Shown here: in pieces, positions 24,533 to 37,490 of the stretch
Position numbering within the stretch: position 1 is the first letter of the stretch
How the letters are laid out: each line of letters opens with the position of its first letter
Assembly: GCF_018977255.1 (NCBI RefSeq)
Contig: NW_024704743.1
Location: 2,358,001-2,422,000, forward strand
DNA: 64,000 nucleotides
Reading direction: 5' to 3'
Source of the DNA: Callorhinchus milii
Lineage: Eukaryota
The notes under the pieces: generated by a model
The model's database searches: none
What the model was told of the DNA's origin: nothing
Seen by the model: only the letters and a program-made list of their open reading frames with translations
Program-made: the position numbers and the translations under genes

Positions 24533-24925
24533 TGGGAGAAAAAACGGAGCTAAGTTATGTTTGGAAAAATTCAGTATCGGAAATATGGGTGAGTTTACTT
24601 TAATAAAGGCAGACAGTTTGATGTGCAGTGTCATCGCTTGAGAAAGAGAACATTCTTACACCAATTTGGCCGGGCAATTAAACTGAGATACAATGGAATA
24701 AAGCTCTTGATTCGAGCAGGCGTTAAAATGTGTTCAGTTAAAGCTTTTTTTTTAACAAAGATGTCATTCAGAAAGTGGAATCAGTGGGGTGAAAATGCCA
24801 GGTTTGGCAACGGATTCGAAATACCGTCCATTGTTATTGTCATCCCATTACCGTGATTCGCCCACCACTAGTGCGTGGGAAACCGTTGGTGATCTTCCTT
24901 TAATATCACAGTATAAAATCTCAGT

Positions 24926-25320
24926 GGAGTCCCTGTAGCTCAGGGTTAGAGCGCTCGCCTCGCGGGCGAGAGGACCCGGGTTCGATTCCCGGGCAGGTCA
25001 GGGCGAGACATTGGGCAAGTTTCCTCACTCCACACACACACACACACGCGCCTCTGTTTAACAGCAGTCAGTAAGGAAGCCGGTTGTTAGTCGATCGGTG
25101 GATCGCTTTTCCGGGGGAAATAATTCCTTTAAAATATATAATAATAAGTTGATCAGTTCAACCCACGACTGCTTGTGGGGACGCCACTGTGCGCAATTGG
25201 CTGCCGCATTTCGCCCACAAACCACACAGCCACGGTTTATCCTGTGAAGCGCTTTGAGACGTCTCGAAGACATGATGAGGCGCTTGCATTTGATACAGGA
25301 TTATTATTATTATTATTATT
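24926..25320 (+). mobile_element. tRNA-Ala-derived SINE, full length
   Basis: Head through (TAT)n tail. Confidence 0.93.
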
Positions 25321-26215
25321 GGTAGAAAAAGTGGTGACAACGTAACGTTTGCAACGACTGTTTCAGAGATCTGTAGAATTTCGCGCTCCTGCCTTCTGTG
25401 AAACGTCTGGCGGAATCTAACGTGCGGAGACGTCGAGAACTGCCGGGTCTGCAACTGCACAAACCGCGCTGACGAAATTTTCCGAAATTAAGAAAGAAAT
25501 CGATGTCGGCGTCGGCTCGCTTCGCCCCGGACCCTCAGCGCCACAGCTGGGGCACGTACAAAGGCAGCGAGAGAAACAGGCACTTTGCAAGAACACAATC
25601 TACTTTCTAATGTTTGATAAAGATTGCCGTTGAACAAAAAAAAAATGCTGAACCTGTCGGTGACTTTAAGTCAATGTAGATTCCAGTTTCCAACCGCGAT
25701 TGATGTGAGGGATGTATCAAGGTATAATTTAGATGATTGATCTTTCTCAATTATTGTCCATTAGGGTGACAGAGAAAGGGAACAATCACCTCTGTATTAT
25801 TTGAATTACATGTTGCAGCAGTCAGTGAAATCCATTTTGGCCTTAACATATTCACTGCTCCCAGTCTGTCCCGGTAACTAACGTTCAGCTGATCTGAGCT
25901 GTTTCATATAAAATGGGGCTGAGGTCGTTACTTATTTATTTTTCAGAGAGGAAAGCAAAAAAAAAAGCAGTCTTTTGGGGGGGGAAATTAGAAAATAAAA
26001 TATCTTAAATACTTGCAGCTATAAAATACCTTTGGAAGGTCAAAGATATGCCTAACGCAATCTGTGCATTGATATCCTAATCCTGAAAATTGCTCGTGGG
26101 ATAAATTCCTTGTTAAACGTTCTCACTTCAACCTCTTGTGATGTCATTACAATGCACACATGTGGGAGGTTCAATATGTTGACTTGTTATTAGTCGTAAA
26201 CATAAACCTGTGGAT

Positions 26216-26576
26216 ATAATAATAATAATCCTGGCATTTGATACAGCGCCTGATCACGCCTTTGTGACGTCTCAAAGCGCTTCACAGGATACACTGTAAA
26301 GTGAATTGACTGTATATTTTCTGAGCGAAACGTGGCAGCCAATTGCACACAGCAGCGTCCCCACAAACAGTGGTGGATTGAGTGAGCAATTTACTACTTT
26401 TTTAAGGGATTATTACCCCAGAAAAGCGATCCGCCAATCGACTAACAACCTGGTTCCTACTGACTGCTGGTAAACAGAGGTGTGTGTGTGTGGAGTAAGG
26501 AAACTTGCCCGAGGTTTCGCCCTGACGTGCCCGGGAATCGAACCCAAGTCCTCTCCCTTGTGAGTCGAGTGCTCCA
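26216..26576 (-). mobile_element. tRNA-derived SINE, near full length
   Basis: Reverse complement of the consensus. Confidence 0.92.
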
Positions 26577-27543
26577 ATATTAAATGCCGGGATTATTATT
26601 ATTATTATAATGTTCCTATGCTGCTACTGTTCATATAATCCCCAGGGTACTAGAGCAGAACTCCACAAATTCCTTCTCTTACCAACTGGAGTGTGGTGGC
26701 ACTAAAATGTTACAGAGGATTAGGCTATCAGGGTGATATAGTGGACAGTTATATTATGATTAAAAGTCATTGCGTGAAATTAAACCTTACGGCTTAGCAC
26801 CACAAGACCTTCAGGGAGCAGCCAACACTCATTCAATCCAATAGATTCCTAAATCCATAGCTTTCTTAGTTTTCTCTCTCTGCTTAAGATTTCTTCAGCG
26901 ATCAGACTGTTGAAGTGTTTCATGAAGATTTCTCTTGTGTTTTGCTTAACTTATGTTGCAGAGAACTTATGTGTGAGAGAAAGCTTCCTATTTAGCAGTT
27001 TATAGCTGACCTGACCCTGGCAATCAGCGATGGAGTCTGGGGAGAGATGGGGTTTGATATCCTTACGGGTTACATGTTGATTTATTGAATGCGTTTGATT
27101 AAATAACAAGCGATGATGACAAGAGCTGTTGGGCACCTGCAGGAGCTCACAAGCCTGACAGTGAGAAGGAAGTGAAATCACTGGAGATACAGTTGGTAAC
27201 CCAGTGGGTGTCAGCAGCACATGAGCTCCTCTTGATAGCATTGACAACCCAATTGCCCAACCCCTTTACAGGCCTCTTATCCCTCATCACATGAGCGGAA
27301 ACTCATCACCCGTAGCTAAGATCATCCAAACCAAACTGAGAGTCCCAAGCATTCCCACCTACAGATTGGAACGACCGTGTATTGGGAATAGAATGCACAC
27401 TCTCTCCCTGGAGGAACACGTTTCAGCTGATGTAATTCCCGGAGAGTGTTAGGCGAAGGCTGGCGAGAGGCAAGGCTTGGGGACTCCTGTACAATGCAAT
27501 GTAACAGCGCAGTAGGACTTCCTCTCAGTTTGATCACCCGTAA

Positions 27544-27922
27544 AGTCCTGGAGCTCAGTGGTTAGAGCACTCGCCTCGCAAGCGAGAGGATCCGGGTTCG
27601 ATTACCCGGGCAGTTGGGCAAGTTTCCTTACTCCACACACACACACACACACACACGCCTCTGTTTACCAGCTATCAATAGGAACTGGTTGTTAGTCAAT
27701 TGGCGGATCACTTTCTAGGGTAAAAATCCCTTAAAAATAAATAATAATTTGGTCATTCAATGCATGACTGTTTGTGGGGACGCTGCTGTGTGCAATTGGC
27801 TGCCACGTTTCACCGAGAAAATATACAGTCAATTTACTTTGCAGCGTATCCTGTGAAGCGCTTTGAGACGTCTCAAAGACGTGATGAGGGGCTGTATCAA
27901 ATGCCAGGATTATTACTATTAT
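27544..27922 (+). mobile_element. tRNA-Ala-derived SINE, full length
   Basis: Head through tail. Confidence 0.92.
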
Positions 27923-29964
27923 TTCATTTAAACCAGAGTGGCTGAATTTGTACTCCTGAAGTTGTTACCCTTTCTGTTCCCTTGTTATTATATCTTTGTT
28001 TAAATTATTAATCAATATTGATTTTCTGCCATACCGTGAATTAAAAATTGATTTGTTTGTTTTATAATGTCTGTCCTTATCGAGTTAATTATCTACTGTG
28101 AGCTGCAAAGAGAGCTGTAAGGTAATCCTTTCGTACTTCTGCTTTCTAAATAGCACAGGAATTTGGAAATCATTTTTTTCAAAGTGTCCTTGAATGTACA
28201 GTACAAATCATGGTCCTTCTGGCTGTAGTGTACGGCTAATAATTAATTTGCTAAGTGCCACACTTCTTTATATGTCGGCCTTAACGTTCGGCTTTTTAAG
28301 AAGAAAAACATTATATGGGCACAAATGACAAACTATCCCACAAATCAGCAAAGCCTCTCAAAGCGCAATCAGCACTCGAGAATTTATTGATCGGTTGTCG
28401 TGATTAATGTTTTATGGGTCTTTAAGATTCAGCAATAGCCTTTCCTGAGGATTCACATCACAACTGCACAATCACACTAAACAGACCTTTCTCAACAAGG
28501 TGCCGCCAATTCTCATCCTCTGTTGAATTGTTGTTTTTTTCCAGTTATTTTAAATCGGGGGGTAAACATCCTTGAAAAAAAACCTCTGCTACTGAAAGCC
28601 TACCTACTCACTGTGACCGTAGAAATAATAATAATAATAATAATAAATCTTGCATTCGATATAGCGCCTTATCACGTCTTCGAGACGTCTCAAAGCCCTT
28701 CACAGGATATGAGAGAGTCTTCTCCATGGCTCAGTTCCAATGCCGTGGCACAGATACAAGTCAGAAGTATTTCCGATTCCAATAACATTAACACTAATGT
28801 ACATTCCCACCTGCTCTTTGTACTGAGAGCTGGCTCCACAAGCATAGTGACTAACACAGAAGTCTTTACTGTGAAGGCTTTGTGGGTTGCAGGGCATCAA
28901 GCGGATGGCAACACTATCCACCTCTTCAGTTTTATTAGTAAAGAAGATACTTATGACCTGCAGAATAAATCACAATGATGTTCTATATCCCAGATGGCTT
29001 CCCAGCACAATATCTTGTTTAAGTCCTATTAGGAGAGATTTTAAGTGCTTTTTATGTATCTGAGCACTAAATCTACAATGTCCGTTTCAGCTATTTCGCA
29101 CCAATAAAATAGTGGGATCTGCTTCATTAAAATCACTGCACCCAAATGAAAGTTTCGAAGGCCATTTACTTATCGGTGAATGTGCCTACTCCAGGGGTAC
29201 TTTATGGAGGCATATTAATAATCCTTGAACTTGATATAGCTACTTATCATGTACCCTGAACGCCTCAAAGTGTTTCACAGGATTTTGCTGTGTGTGTAGT
29301 GACTGTATTTTGTAGGCAGCCAGTTTTACACGGCGGTGTCCCACAAACAGCTATGAAACCAATGAGCGATGTTACCTGGCGGGAGATTTTTGGCCAGAAT
29401 ACTGGCAGATTTCAAGCAGTTGCCACGAGATCTTTAACGCCCACTCCAGCTGGCAGTTGGGACCTCATTTAGTGGACAAACTCAAAAGTCCCTCCATGGG
29501 GCACAACCTACAACCTTCTGCCAACCAAGCCAAACGGACATTGAGGATTATAACGAATGAGCGACCAGGTTCTAGCTCACAAAACAAACTGTCAATTAAA
29601 GCGTAAGGCAACAAACTCGGGCTATAATGAATTCAAGGCCATGCACTGCAGACAGAATCTCCAGATGATTGATTGTAAAAATGATAAGAAATAAAACTCA
29701 TGCGGCAAGAAACTCAAACCACTTAATAAGTGTCAGACTGAGTCACTAACGAGCCAATCAAATGGCATTTTAGAATTAATTTAGCTGGCAATGTCGTGGA
29801 TTTGACTTGGTGAAGTGACTGAGCTGTGAGTGAGACGCAGCAACCAACAGGTTGCCGCCCAGAACTGCAGAAAAACAGCTTCTAAGTTGACACGAATCCT
29901 TGTATTTGATATAGCGCCTTATCACATCATCGCGACGTTTCAAAGTGCCTCACGCGATATACGT

Positions 29965-30376
29965 GGAGTCCTGTAGCTCAGGGGTTAGAGCCCTCGCCTC
30001 ACGAGCGAGAAGACCTGGGTTTGATTCCCGGGCAGGTCAGGGCGAGACATTAGGTAAGTTTCCTCACTCCACACACACACACACCTCTGTTTACCGGCAG
30101 TCAGCAGGAACCGGTTGTTAGTCGATTGGCGGATCGCTTTTCTGGGGGTAATAATTCCTTCAAAAAAATCATAATAATAATTTGATCACTCAATCCACGG
30201 CTGTTTGTGAGACACTGCTGTGCACAATCGGCTTTCACCCACAATTGATGTCGCCTTCCGCCCACAAAATGTACATCAATTCGCTTTACGGTATATTCTG
30301 TGAAGCGCTTTGAGACGTCTCGAAGTCGTGATAAGGCGCTGTATCAAATGCAAGGATTATTATTTATTATTATTAT
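29965..30376 (+). mobile_element. tRNA-Ala-derived SINE, full length (abuts an opposite-strand SINE tail at 29896-29962)
   Basis: Head GGAGTCCTGTAGCTCAGGGG through (TAT)n tail. Confidence 0.92.
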
Positions 30377-31737
30377 CAATCCAGAGGCAGTGGGCAAATA
30401 ATGAATAGCGCAGAGCGAGCTGACAAACTGGAATTTCAATATAATAAGTTCACACAGTGATGGGATTCTTTCCATGAAGTAAATCACCCCAACTCACAGG
30501 AACTCCAAGTGACAGCCTGGCTCAGTTGAAAGCTTGTTCTCTTGTCAATTAGAATAAACAACAATCTTTACACTTGGTACTGCGCCTTTCACATCGGGAG
30601 CAAATCCCAAAGCAATTTCCCGGAATACATACTGTAAAGTGCAGTGACTCTGTGTTTTTCCTTGTGGGCGAAACACGGCAGCCAATTGTGCACAGCAGTG
30701 TCCCACAAACACTCGTGGATTGAGTGGCCAAATGTCACTTAACAGCCTGGTCAAGCATGTGGTCTCGGGGTAATTTAGGGACATTTAGGGACCTGTCAGA
30801 GAGAAACACTTGAGGCAATGGTAACCTGACCCCTATAGCTTTATTGGTTTTGTAGCCAACCGTTCCATGTGCGTGAACTCACCTTGACTTTGAAACAATA
30901 GGTCTCGTTTGCGATAACTTTCAATACGTGATAACCAAATAACACAGGTGGGTTAGCCTGGCGAGGTGGGTAGAACTTTCACCTCTGAGTCCAAAGATTA
31001 AGTGGCTCATTGCCTCCCATCAGCAACTGATCTCAGGCCAACACTCTAGAGATTGCTGTACTGTTGGAATTGCCGCCTTTTTTGCAACCGAGCCTTAAGT
31101 AGGAAAACAGTTTTCAGTCGATTGGATCGCTTTCCGTCAGTAATAATCTCCCCCCCAAAAATCGGTCACTCAATCCACGACTGTTTGTGGGGATGGTGCT
31201 GTGCGTAATTGGCTGCCACATTTCACCCGCAAAACATACAGTCAATTCACTTCACAGTCTATTTATTCTTTGAAGCACTTTAAGAGGTTTCGTAGACATG
31301 ATGAGGCGCTGTATCAAAATGCAAGGATTGTATGTTATTATTGCTCTCTATCAAAGTCAAAGTCTGTCTCAGGGCTTTGAAAATGTTGCCTGAGGGAAGG
31401 TGCCAACCTGTGCTTTGATTATAGTTCATCTCTGTCACCGTCCATTTCAGTCCTGTTGAAAGAGTTTATAGCAAAGGATAGGTACAGCCTCCTACACTAC
31501 CTGCTTCCTAACTCTTCCTGAAGAACAATTCACAGGTAGATGGGACAGGTGGACTGCCCACAGCCTCCGGCTTGTGAGAGGTGACAGGTTACTGTAAAGG
31601 CCTTGAATGTGATCCATGGACGTTAGCCAAAAGAGTGTTTGTTTTGGCTTCAGTTTGTTTCATGTACGGTGTGACTGTATCACTCGACTCCACCATTGGT
31701 CTAAGGATTACATTGCAACTTCTCTTCTCTGATTTCA

Positions 31738-32090
31738 ATAATAATAGTGATCCTTGCATTTGATATAGCATTTCATCACGTCATTGAGACGTCTCAAAGC
31801 GCTTCACAGAATATACTGCAAAGTCAATTGACTTTAGATTTTATGGACGAATTATAATAATAATAATAATAATCCTTGCATTTGATATAGCGCTTTTCAC
31901 GTCAGGAGGACGTCCCAAAGCGCTTCACAGAACACACTGTAAAGTGAATTGACTGTATATTTGTGGGCGAACGCGGCAGCCAATTGTGCACAGCAACGTC
32001 CCACAAACAGTTGGGGATTGAAGTGACTAAATTATTTTTTTAAAGGGATTAATACCCCGGGAAAGCAATCCCCGAATTGACTAACAACAA
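31738..32090 (-). mobile_element. Two tandem SINE 3' parts
   Basis: Two successive reverse-complement tails starting at ~31738 and ~31855. Confidence 0.88.
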
Positions 32091-34646
32091 CAACAAAATT
32101 ACATTTGTACAGTGCCTTTCACTTCATCGGGAGGATGTCCCAAGGTGTTGAACAATCAGTGTTTCTGACCCAAATTGGGGGTTGGGATCAGTGAGGCCAG
32201 GGGGCGAAGGAGGGTGAAGAGGAGGATCTTGAGTCAGGGTCCTTTGGAGCTCCATTCTATAGGTTGAGTTTGTTCCCTTAACACCTCGATTAATGCAGTT
32301 GGCAGCAGAATCTTAGTGTGATCCCTATTCAACTGCATGCATGAGAGGTCCCAAACTGTGGCTCAGTGGTTAGAGCACTTGCCTCACATGCGAGAGGACC
32401 TGGGTTTGATTCCCGGGCAGAGCAAAACATTGGGCAAGTCTCCTTACTACTTATGCCTCTGTTTACCAGCAGTAACTAGGAGCCTGGTTGTTAGTCGATT
32501 GGCTTTTCCGGAGGTAATAATCCCTTCCAAATAACTAAAAATAATTTGGTCACTCAATCGCTTTTGAGAATTTTGGGTCCTTGAACGAAAGTCAAAATAA
32601 TGTCTGTAAGAATGTCCTGACTAAATTTAAGGGAGGGGGGAGTGGTGGGGGGGAGAGGAAATGAGCAATTGTGCTTTTTTTCATTAAACGGACCTCCTTG
32701 GATTCACTCATTAGAGCTTAAAGATGGATTTTCTGCTTAACTCGTTTGTGCATTTGCCTTAAGACAAATCCAACTGGCAGTGACAACACTCTGTCTTTGT
32801 CTTGCAACTCGCTTAATTTAAGGGGAGAACATGTTTACAAACAGCTTAATCTGTTTAGTACAAATAGCCCTCTCCTGTCCCCCACCCTCTCACCCCACAC
32901 ACTCACATTCACACTCTCGCATTGTTTCGCTCTGCCCAAACCCCAGCCCCCCCTCACCGTCACCCCACCCAGTGGAAGCCCAAAAAAGCCCAAAGCTGGA
33001 CTTTGGTGCAACTTGATCTCAATGTATACTTTGTTTGTACAAACACCCAGCACTCAGGGATCCAAATGTCCTGCCCTTTTTTTTGTATTGGATTAAAAAA
33101 ATAGCCAGACGTAGGTTTTCCTGAGCCTGTCTGAAAAGAGAATATCGATGAGGTTTCTTTTTTTGTCACTTGCACCCAACAAGTCTTGTTAAAGACAAAA
33201 CTATACTCCACCTAACCTTTGAAGAGTTCTCCAATTTCCTCTATGTTCCTCCACTCTAAACGCTACCACTTAACCCTTCAAGTGCTAAGCACGGTGTAGA
33301 TTTACGAGGTGTCACTCAGACCATATTAAACAAGTTTACTTGAATAATATGATAATAATGCTAGCATTTGATTTTACGACATTAAGATGCCTCCAAGCGT
33401 TTCACTGGAAGTAGTGTGCAGTGTAGTAACTGTTTGTGTTGTAGGCAAATTCAGCAGTCAATTTGTGCCAGCAACATCCCACAAACACCCATGACATGAA
33501 GCGAGTGACCAATTTTATCTGGGGATTGTGGGCCAGGACCCTGGGAAAAGCTCCCTTTTCTTTTCAAACAGTTGCCATGGAATCTATAAAGTCTACTTGA
33601 CCAGGTATTAATAATAATAATAATAATAATATCCTTGCATTTAATATAGCATCGTATCACGTCTTAGAATCATCCCTAAGCGCTTCACGGAATATATTGT
33701 AAAGTGAATTGACTTTTGTGGGCCAAACGCTTACAAAAGAGCACAAGAAAAGAGAAGGGAACAGGAACATAGGAGGAACCATTCAGCCCCACAAGTCTTT
33801 TCCGCCATCCTATTGGATCGTGGCTGATCTGTACCTCAACTCTGGTTCCCCACCTCTGTTGTATAGTCTTTGATACCTTACCTAACAAAAATCTATTGAT
33901 CAAGGTCTTCAAAATTTGAATGGAGCCAACCATAATCCACAGCTCTTTGGGGGAGAGAGTTCTAGATTCCCACTACCCTTTGCCTTAAAAACTGGAGTTG
34001 ATCGGAATTGGAGAAGATTAGCTTCACTGGAGGAGCATCGACATTATGCTCTGAACGATTCTAAAGGCCCTACAATAAGAGAGCACAATACGACCAGACC
34101 TAGGGCTCACTTTGAAGCACCTATTTGTTTCTAAAAAGGATTGGAAAAGTGATTGATCCTTCAGCAAAGTATGGTAGCAAAGTGTCTTCACCTGCTTCAG
34201 CTATGATAATCACGTGGACCTCAATTGGAGGCACATGGCCTATTGTATAATAGAAATGAGATTGGATGCTCATCAACAAACGAGAAGTCTTCATGCACTA
34301 TTGCAACAGCACTTGGCACCTCCTGACCTGAATATCAGCGCTCCTTCTGCTCTATTATTTTGACAACACTTCATTCCTCAAGCCTTGGTGAAAATGTGCG
34401 ATGATTTTCTGAAACACGAGAGGAAACCGCTTATCTTTCAGAAGGACGTCTCTTTGATGCTGGCGCAGATATCTGTGGAATGCACACACGCTCATTAAGG
34501 AACATTTAGGGTATCACTTAACCTCTTTCCAAAAGCCTTCCAATCTGTTGTATAATGTCGATAATTGATGTCCACCTTGCTGGGACAGCAGCCCTTCGAG
34601 CCGAACAGAGAAGAATCCCACTGAAAAATAGATCCTGAAAGGCTAA

Positions 34647-35034
34647 ATAATAATAATAATCCTTGCATTTGATACAGTGCCTTATCACATCTTCAAATAG
34701 CTCAAAGCGCTTCACGGGATACGCTGTAAATTGAGTTCTGTATATTTTGTGGGCGAAACGCGACAGCCAATTACGCACAGCAGCGTCCCCGCAAACAGCG
34801 GTGGATTGAAGTGACCAAATTATTTATATTTATTTTGAAGGAATTATTACCTCCGGAAAGGCGATCCACCAATCAACTAACAACCAAGTTCCTATTTACT
34901 GCTGGTAAACAGAGGCGTGTGTGTGTGTGTGTGTGTGGAGTGAGGAAACTTGCCCAATGTCTCGCCCCGACCTGCCCGGGAATCGAACCCGAGTCCTCTC
35001 GCTTGCGAGGCGAGCGCTCTAACCACTGAGCTAC
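34647..35034 (-). mobile_element. tRNA-Ala-derived SINE, full length
   Basis: Reverse complement of the consensus. Confidence 0.93.
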
Positions 35035-35689
35035 AAATAAGTTGAGAAGTGGCTGGGTGGCTCTAAACTTGGTTTATATGAAATACTGAGGGAGGTAAAG
35101 AGTTCCATAGACCTTCAGTCCTGGAAAGAATAAGTTGCTGCCGTAAAAAATAATCCTTCCGTCTTGAGATACGTCATCAAAACGTCTCGAAGCTCTTCAA
35201 GGAATTGCTGTAAAAAAATGTAGTGACAAGTAGGCAGCCCATTTGAACACAGCAATGTGCCACAAACAGACAGACATAGCCGTGAAAGTGAATGACCGTT
35301 TTATCTGGAGGGTTGTTGGCCAAGACACCAGGAGAAACAACTTTCTCTTTTCAGATAGTGCCACGGGATACATTAAACATCCACCTGGACAGTCAGACAA
35401 GCCCGTCTCAAAACGCTTCGCATTGCAATTTTGTGGAGTGTAGTGACTGTGTATCCTTCTTGGAGGCTGTTTTATCAGTGGAGGGGATCCAAGTGAGATC
35501 AGAGGAGATAGTGAGGTCAAGAATGTCGGCAGAAGTGCCATTCCCTTTGATGTCATTGCTTTGATATTTTCACTTTAACTGTTACTTAACAACTACCTCA
35601 GACCCAAACCGCTTTCCCTGAGGTATTTTCATGTGGGCTTGTGAGAGCTGTGGGAAGGGGCCTGCACCAAACACTGGAATCTGTCCACA

Positions 35690-35915
35690 CCCTCTGGAAC
35701 TCCATCCCACAGTCCCTCCCCCTCGCCCCCTCCCTCGCCTCCTTCAAGACCCGTCTTAAGGCCCTCCTCTTTGACCGTGCCTTTTGGTCACCCTCCCACC
35801 CCCTACCTTCCCCGCCCTCTACCAGCTCGAGTGGGGATCGCTGACTGTCCAGCGGCTTGGGACGTCCTCCTGACGTGAAAGCCGCTACAAACATGTAATT
35901 TGTTGTTGTTGTCGT
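35690..35915 (+). mobile_element. L2-clade LINE 3' end (ORF2 C-terminus LWNSIPQSLPLAPSLASFKTRLKALLFDRAF + 3' UTR + (TTG)n)
   Basis: Typical L2/CR1-group RT C-terminal WN.LP...FK..LK motif followed by a stem-loop tail. Confidence 0.85.
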
Positions 35916-36472
35916 TGTGACACGCGAGGTTGTCACCGTTGCTCAAGCAGGGCGGGAACAGAGGTTAGCTACCTCCACAAACCAACCGCCAGGGAGGGAA
36001 AAAAAACATGGGTTTTTTTCATTTCAAGGTTCAAGAATAAGATCGTTTTTCACACCAGTGAACCGCGCGGTCAAACCAATTGGTAATTGTCAAGTCGTTC
36101 ACAGGAGAGAACATCCACCCAAACCCTCACATCTAGTCGAGGTGTTAAGGGAACAAAATTAACCCACAGAATGGAGCTCGGATGAAGCCTGAAACCTGGA
36201 TAGACCAGGACCCAATGGATAAGAACAGGGAAGGAAGTTGCCTATCCCTCTCAATCACTAGGCAAGTAATTTTATAGTGAAGGTTAAGTTACGCCTCAGG
36301 ATTGTACCATCCTATCCATACTTGACTCCCAGTGAAATACTCGGCAATCTTTATTGCAGGACTGAGGCAAACGTAAAGAAATGTCTGCTTCAGAATATCT
36401 CGCAGGTGTGGTGAATGCGCTCAGACCTACTGCAGCACCCCCTGCTGTTATTTCCACAGTAGTTATGGCAGC

Positions 36473-36517
<45 letters not shown>

Positions 36518-36600
36518 CCTTGCATTTGATACAGCGCCTTATCACATCTTCGAGACGTCTCAAAGCGCTTCACAGGATAGACTGTAAAGCGTAGTGACTG
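36473..36600 (-). mobile_element. SINE 3' tail with expanded (AAT)n microsatellite
   Basis: (AAT)n run followed by the reverse complement of the SINE tail CCTTGCATTTGATACAGCGCCTTATC...CAAAGCGCTTCAC. Confidence 0.9.
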
Positions 36601-37064
36601 TGGGAAAGGTTTCTCTCATTGTTCTTGGTGTCATTCATTTCATCGTTGTTTGTAGGAGTCTGTTGTGTGCAAAATTGGCTCCTGCGTACAGCTGTGTACT
36701 TTGTCACATTTACATTTACTATTTCTGATAGTTTGCTTGTTTCAGCATCGCTGTCATACCTGTATCATCAATGCCATCACAATTGAAGTATCGATGACAC
36801 AAAGTTTAGTTTTACTTTGAATTAAGAATCCCAGGCAAAGTGCCAAGGTCCAAGGTGCAAAAACAGAAGAGAAGACGAAATCAATCAAGAAATGGTTTCG
36901 GGCTGCATTTGGTGGTGAGGTACAGACGGAGGCGGGCAATGTAACAGAGCTGGAAAAAAAGCCATGAGTTATTTGAAGTGTGGAGGCTGTCAATATTTAG
37001 GCAAACTTGGCAACTGATCTACACCACAAGGACATGGAGGTGAACGATCAGCTCATTCAGATGG

Positions 37065-37490
37065 TCAACCTGGCTCAGTTGGTAGCACTCTCACCTCGGA
37101 GTCAAACGATTGGGGGTTGAAATCCCACATTAGGACTTTACATTAGAACTCACAAGTCCAGGCTGACCCTCTAATGCAGTCCTGGAGGTCACAAGTGCCG
37201 TCTTTCAGATGAAACGTTAAAGTCCCGTCTGCCTAGTTAAGTGGATGTTAAAGATCCCACGGCACCCATCGAAAAGAGAAAGAAGGTCCTCTCCCTGGTC
37301 AACAATCCTCCAAAATAAGATTGGTCACTCGCTTCATGGCTGTTTGTGGGACATTTCTGTTCAAATTGGCTGCTGCGTTCACCTACAGAAAAAANTGCAC
37401 AGTCACTACACTTTACAGTGTTCCTTGAGAAGCATTTTGAGTTGTGAAAGGTGCTATATCATCTTTTTAGTATTAATATTATTATTACTA
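37065..37490 (+). mobile_element. Older Deu-domain-type SINE, near full length
   Basis: Different tRNA head (GGCTCAGTTGGTAGCACTCTCACCTCGGAGTCA), Deu core and degenerate tail. Confidence 0.75.

Noticed and set aside
25530..25555. CTCF site (CAGCGCCACAGCTGGGG)
   Set aside because: Only half of the core matches and the spacing is off by one, which is too weak to call.
33571..33584. X-box-like GTTGCCATGGAATC
   Set aside because: It lies inside a reverse Deu-type SINE, where this sequence is part of the repeat consensus.
37395..37395. Single N base
   Set aside because: Assembly ambiguity next to an A-run within a SINE, not biology.
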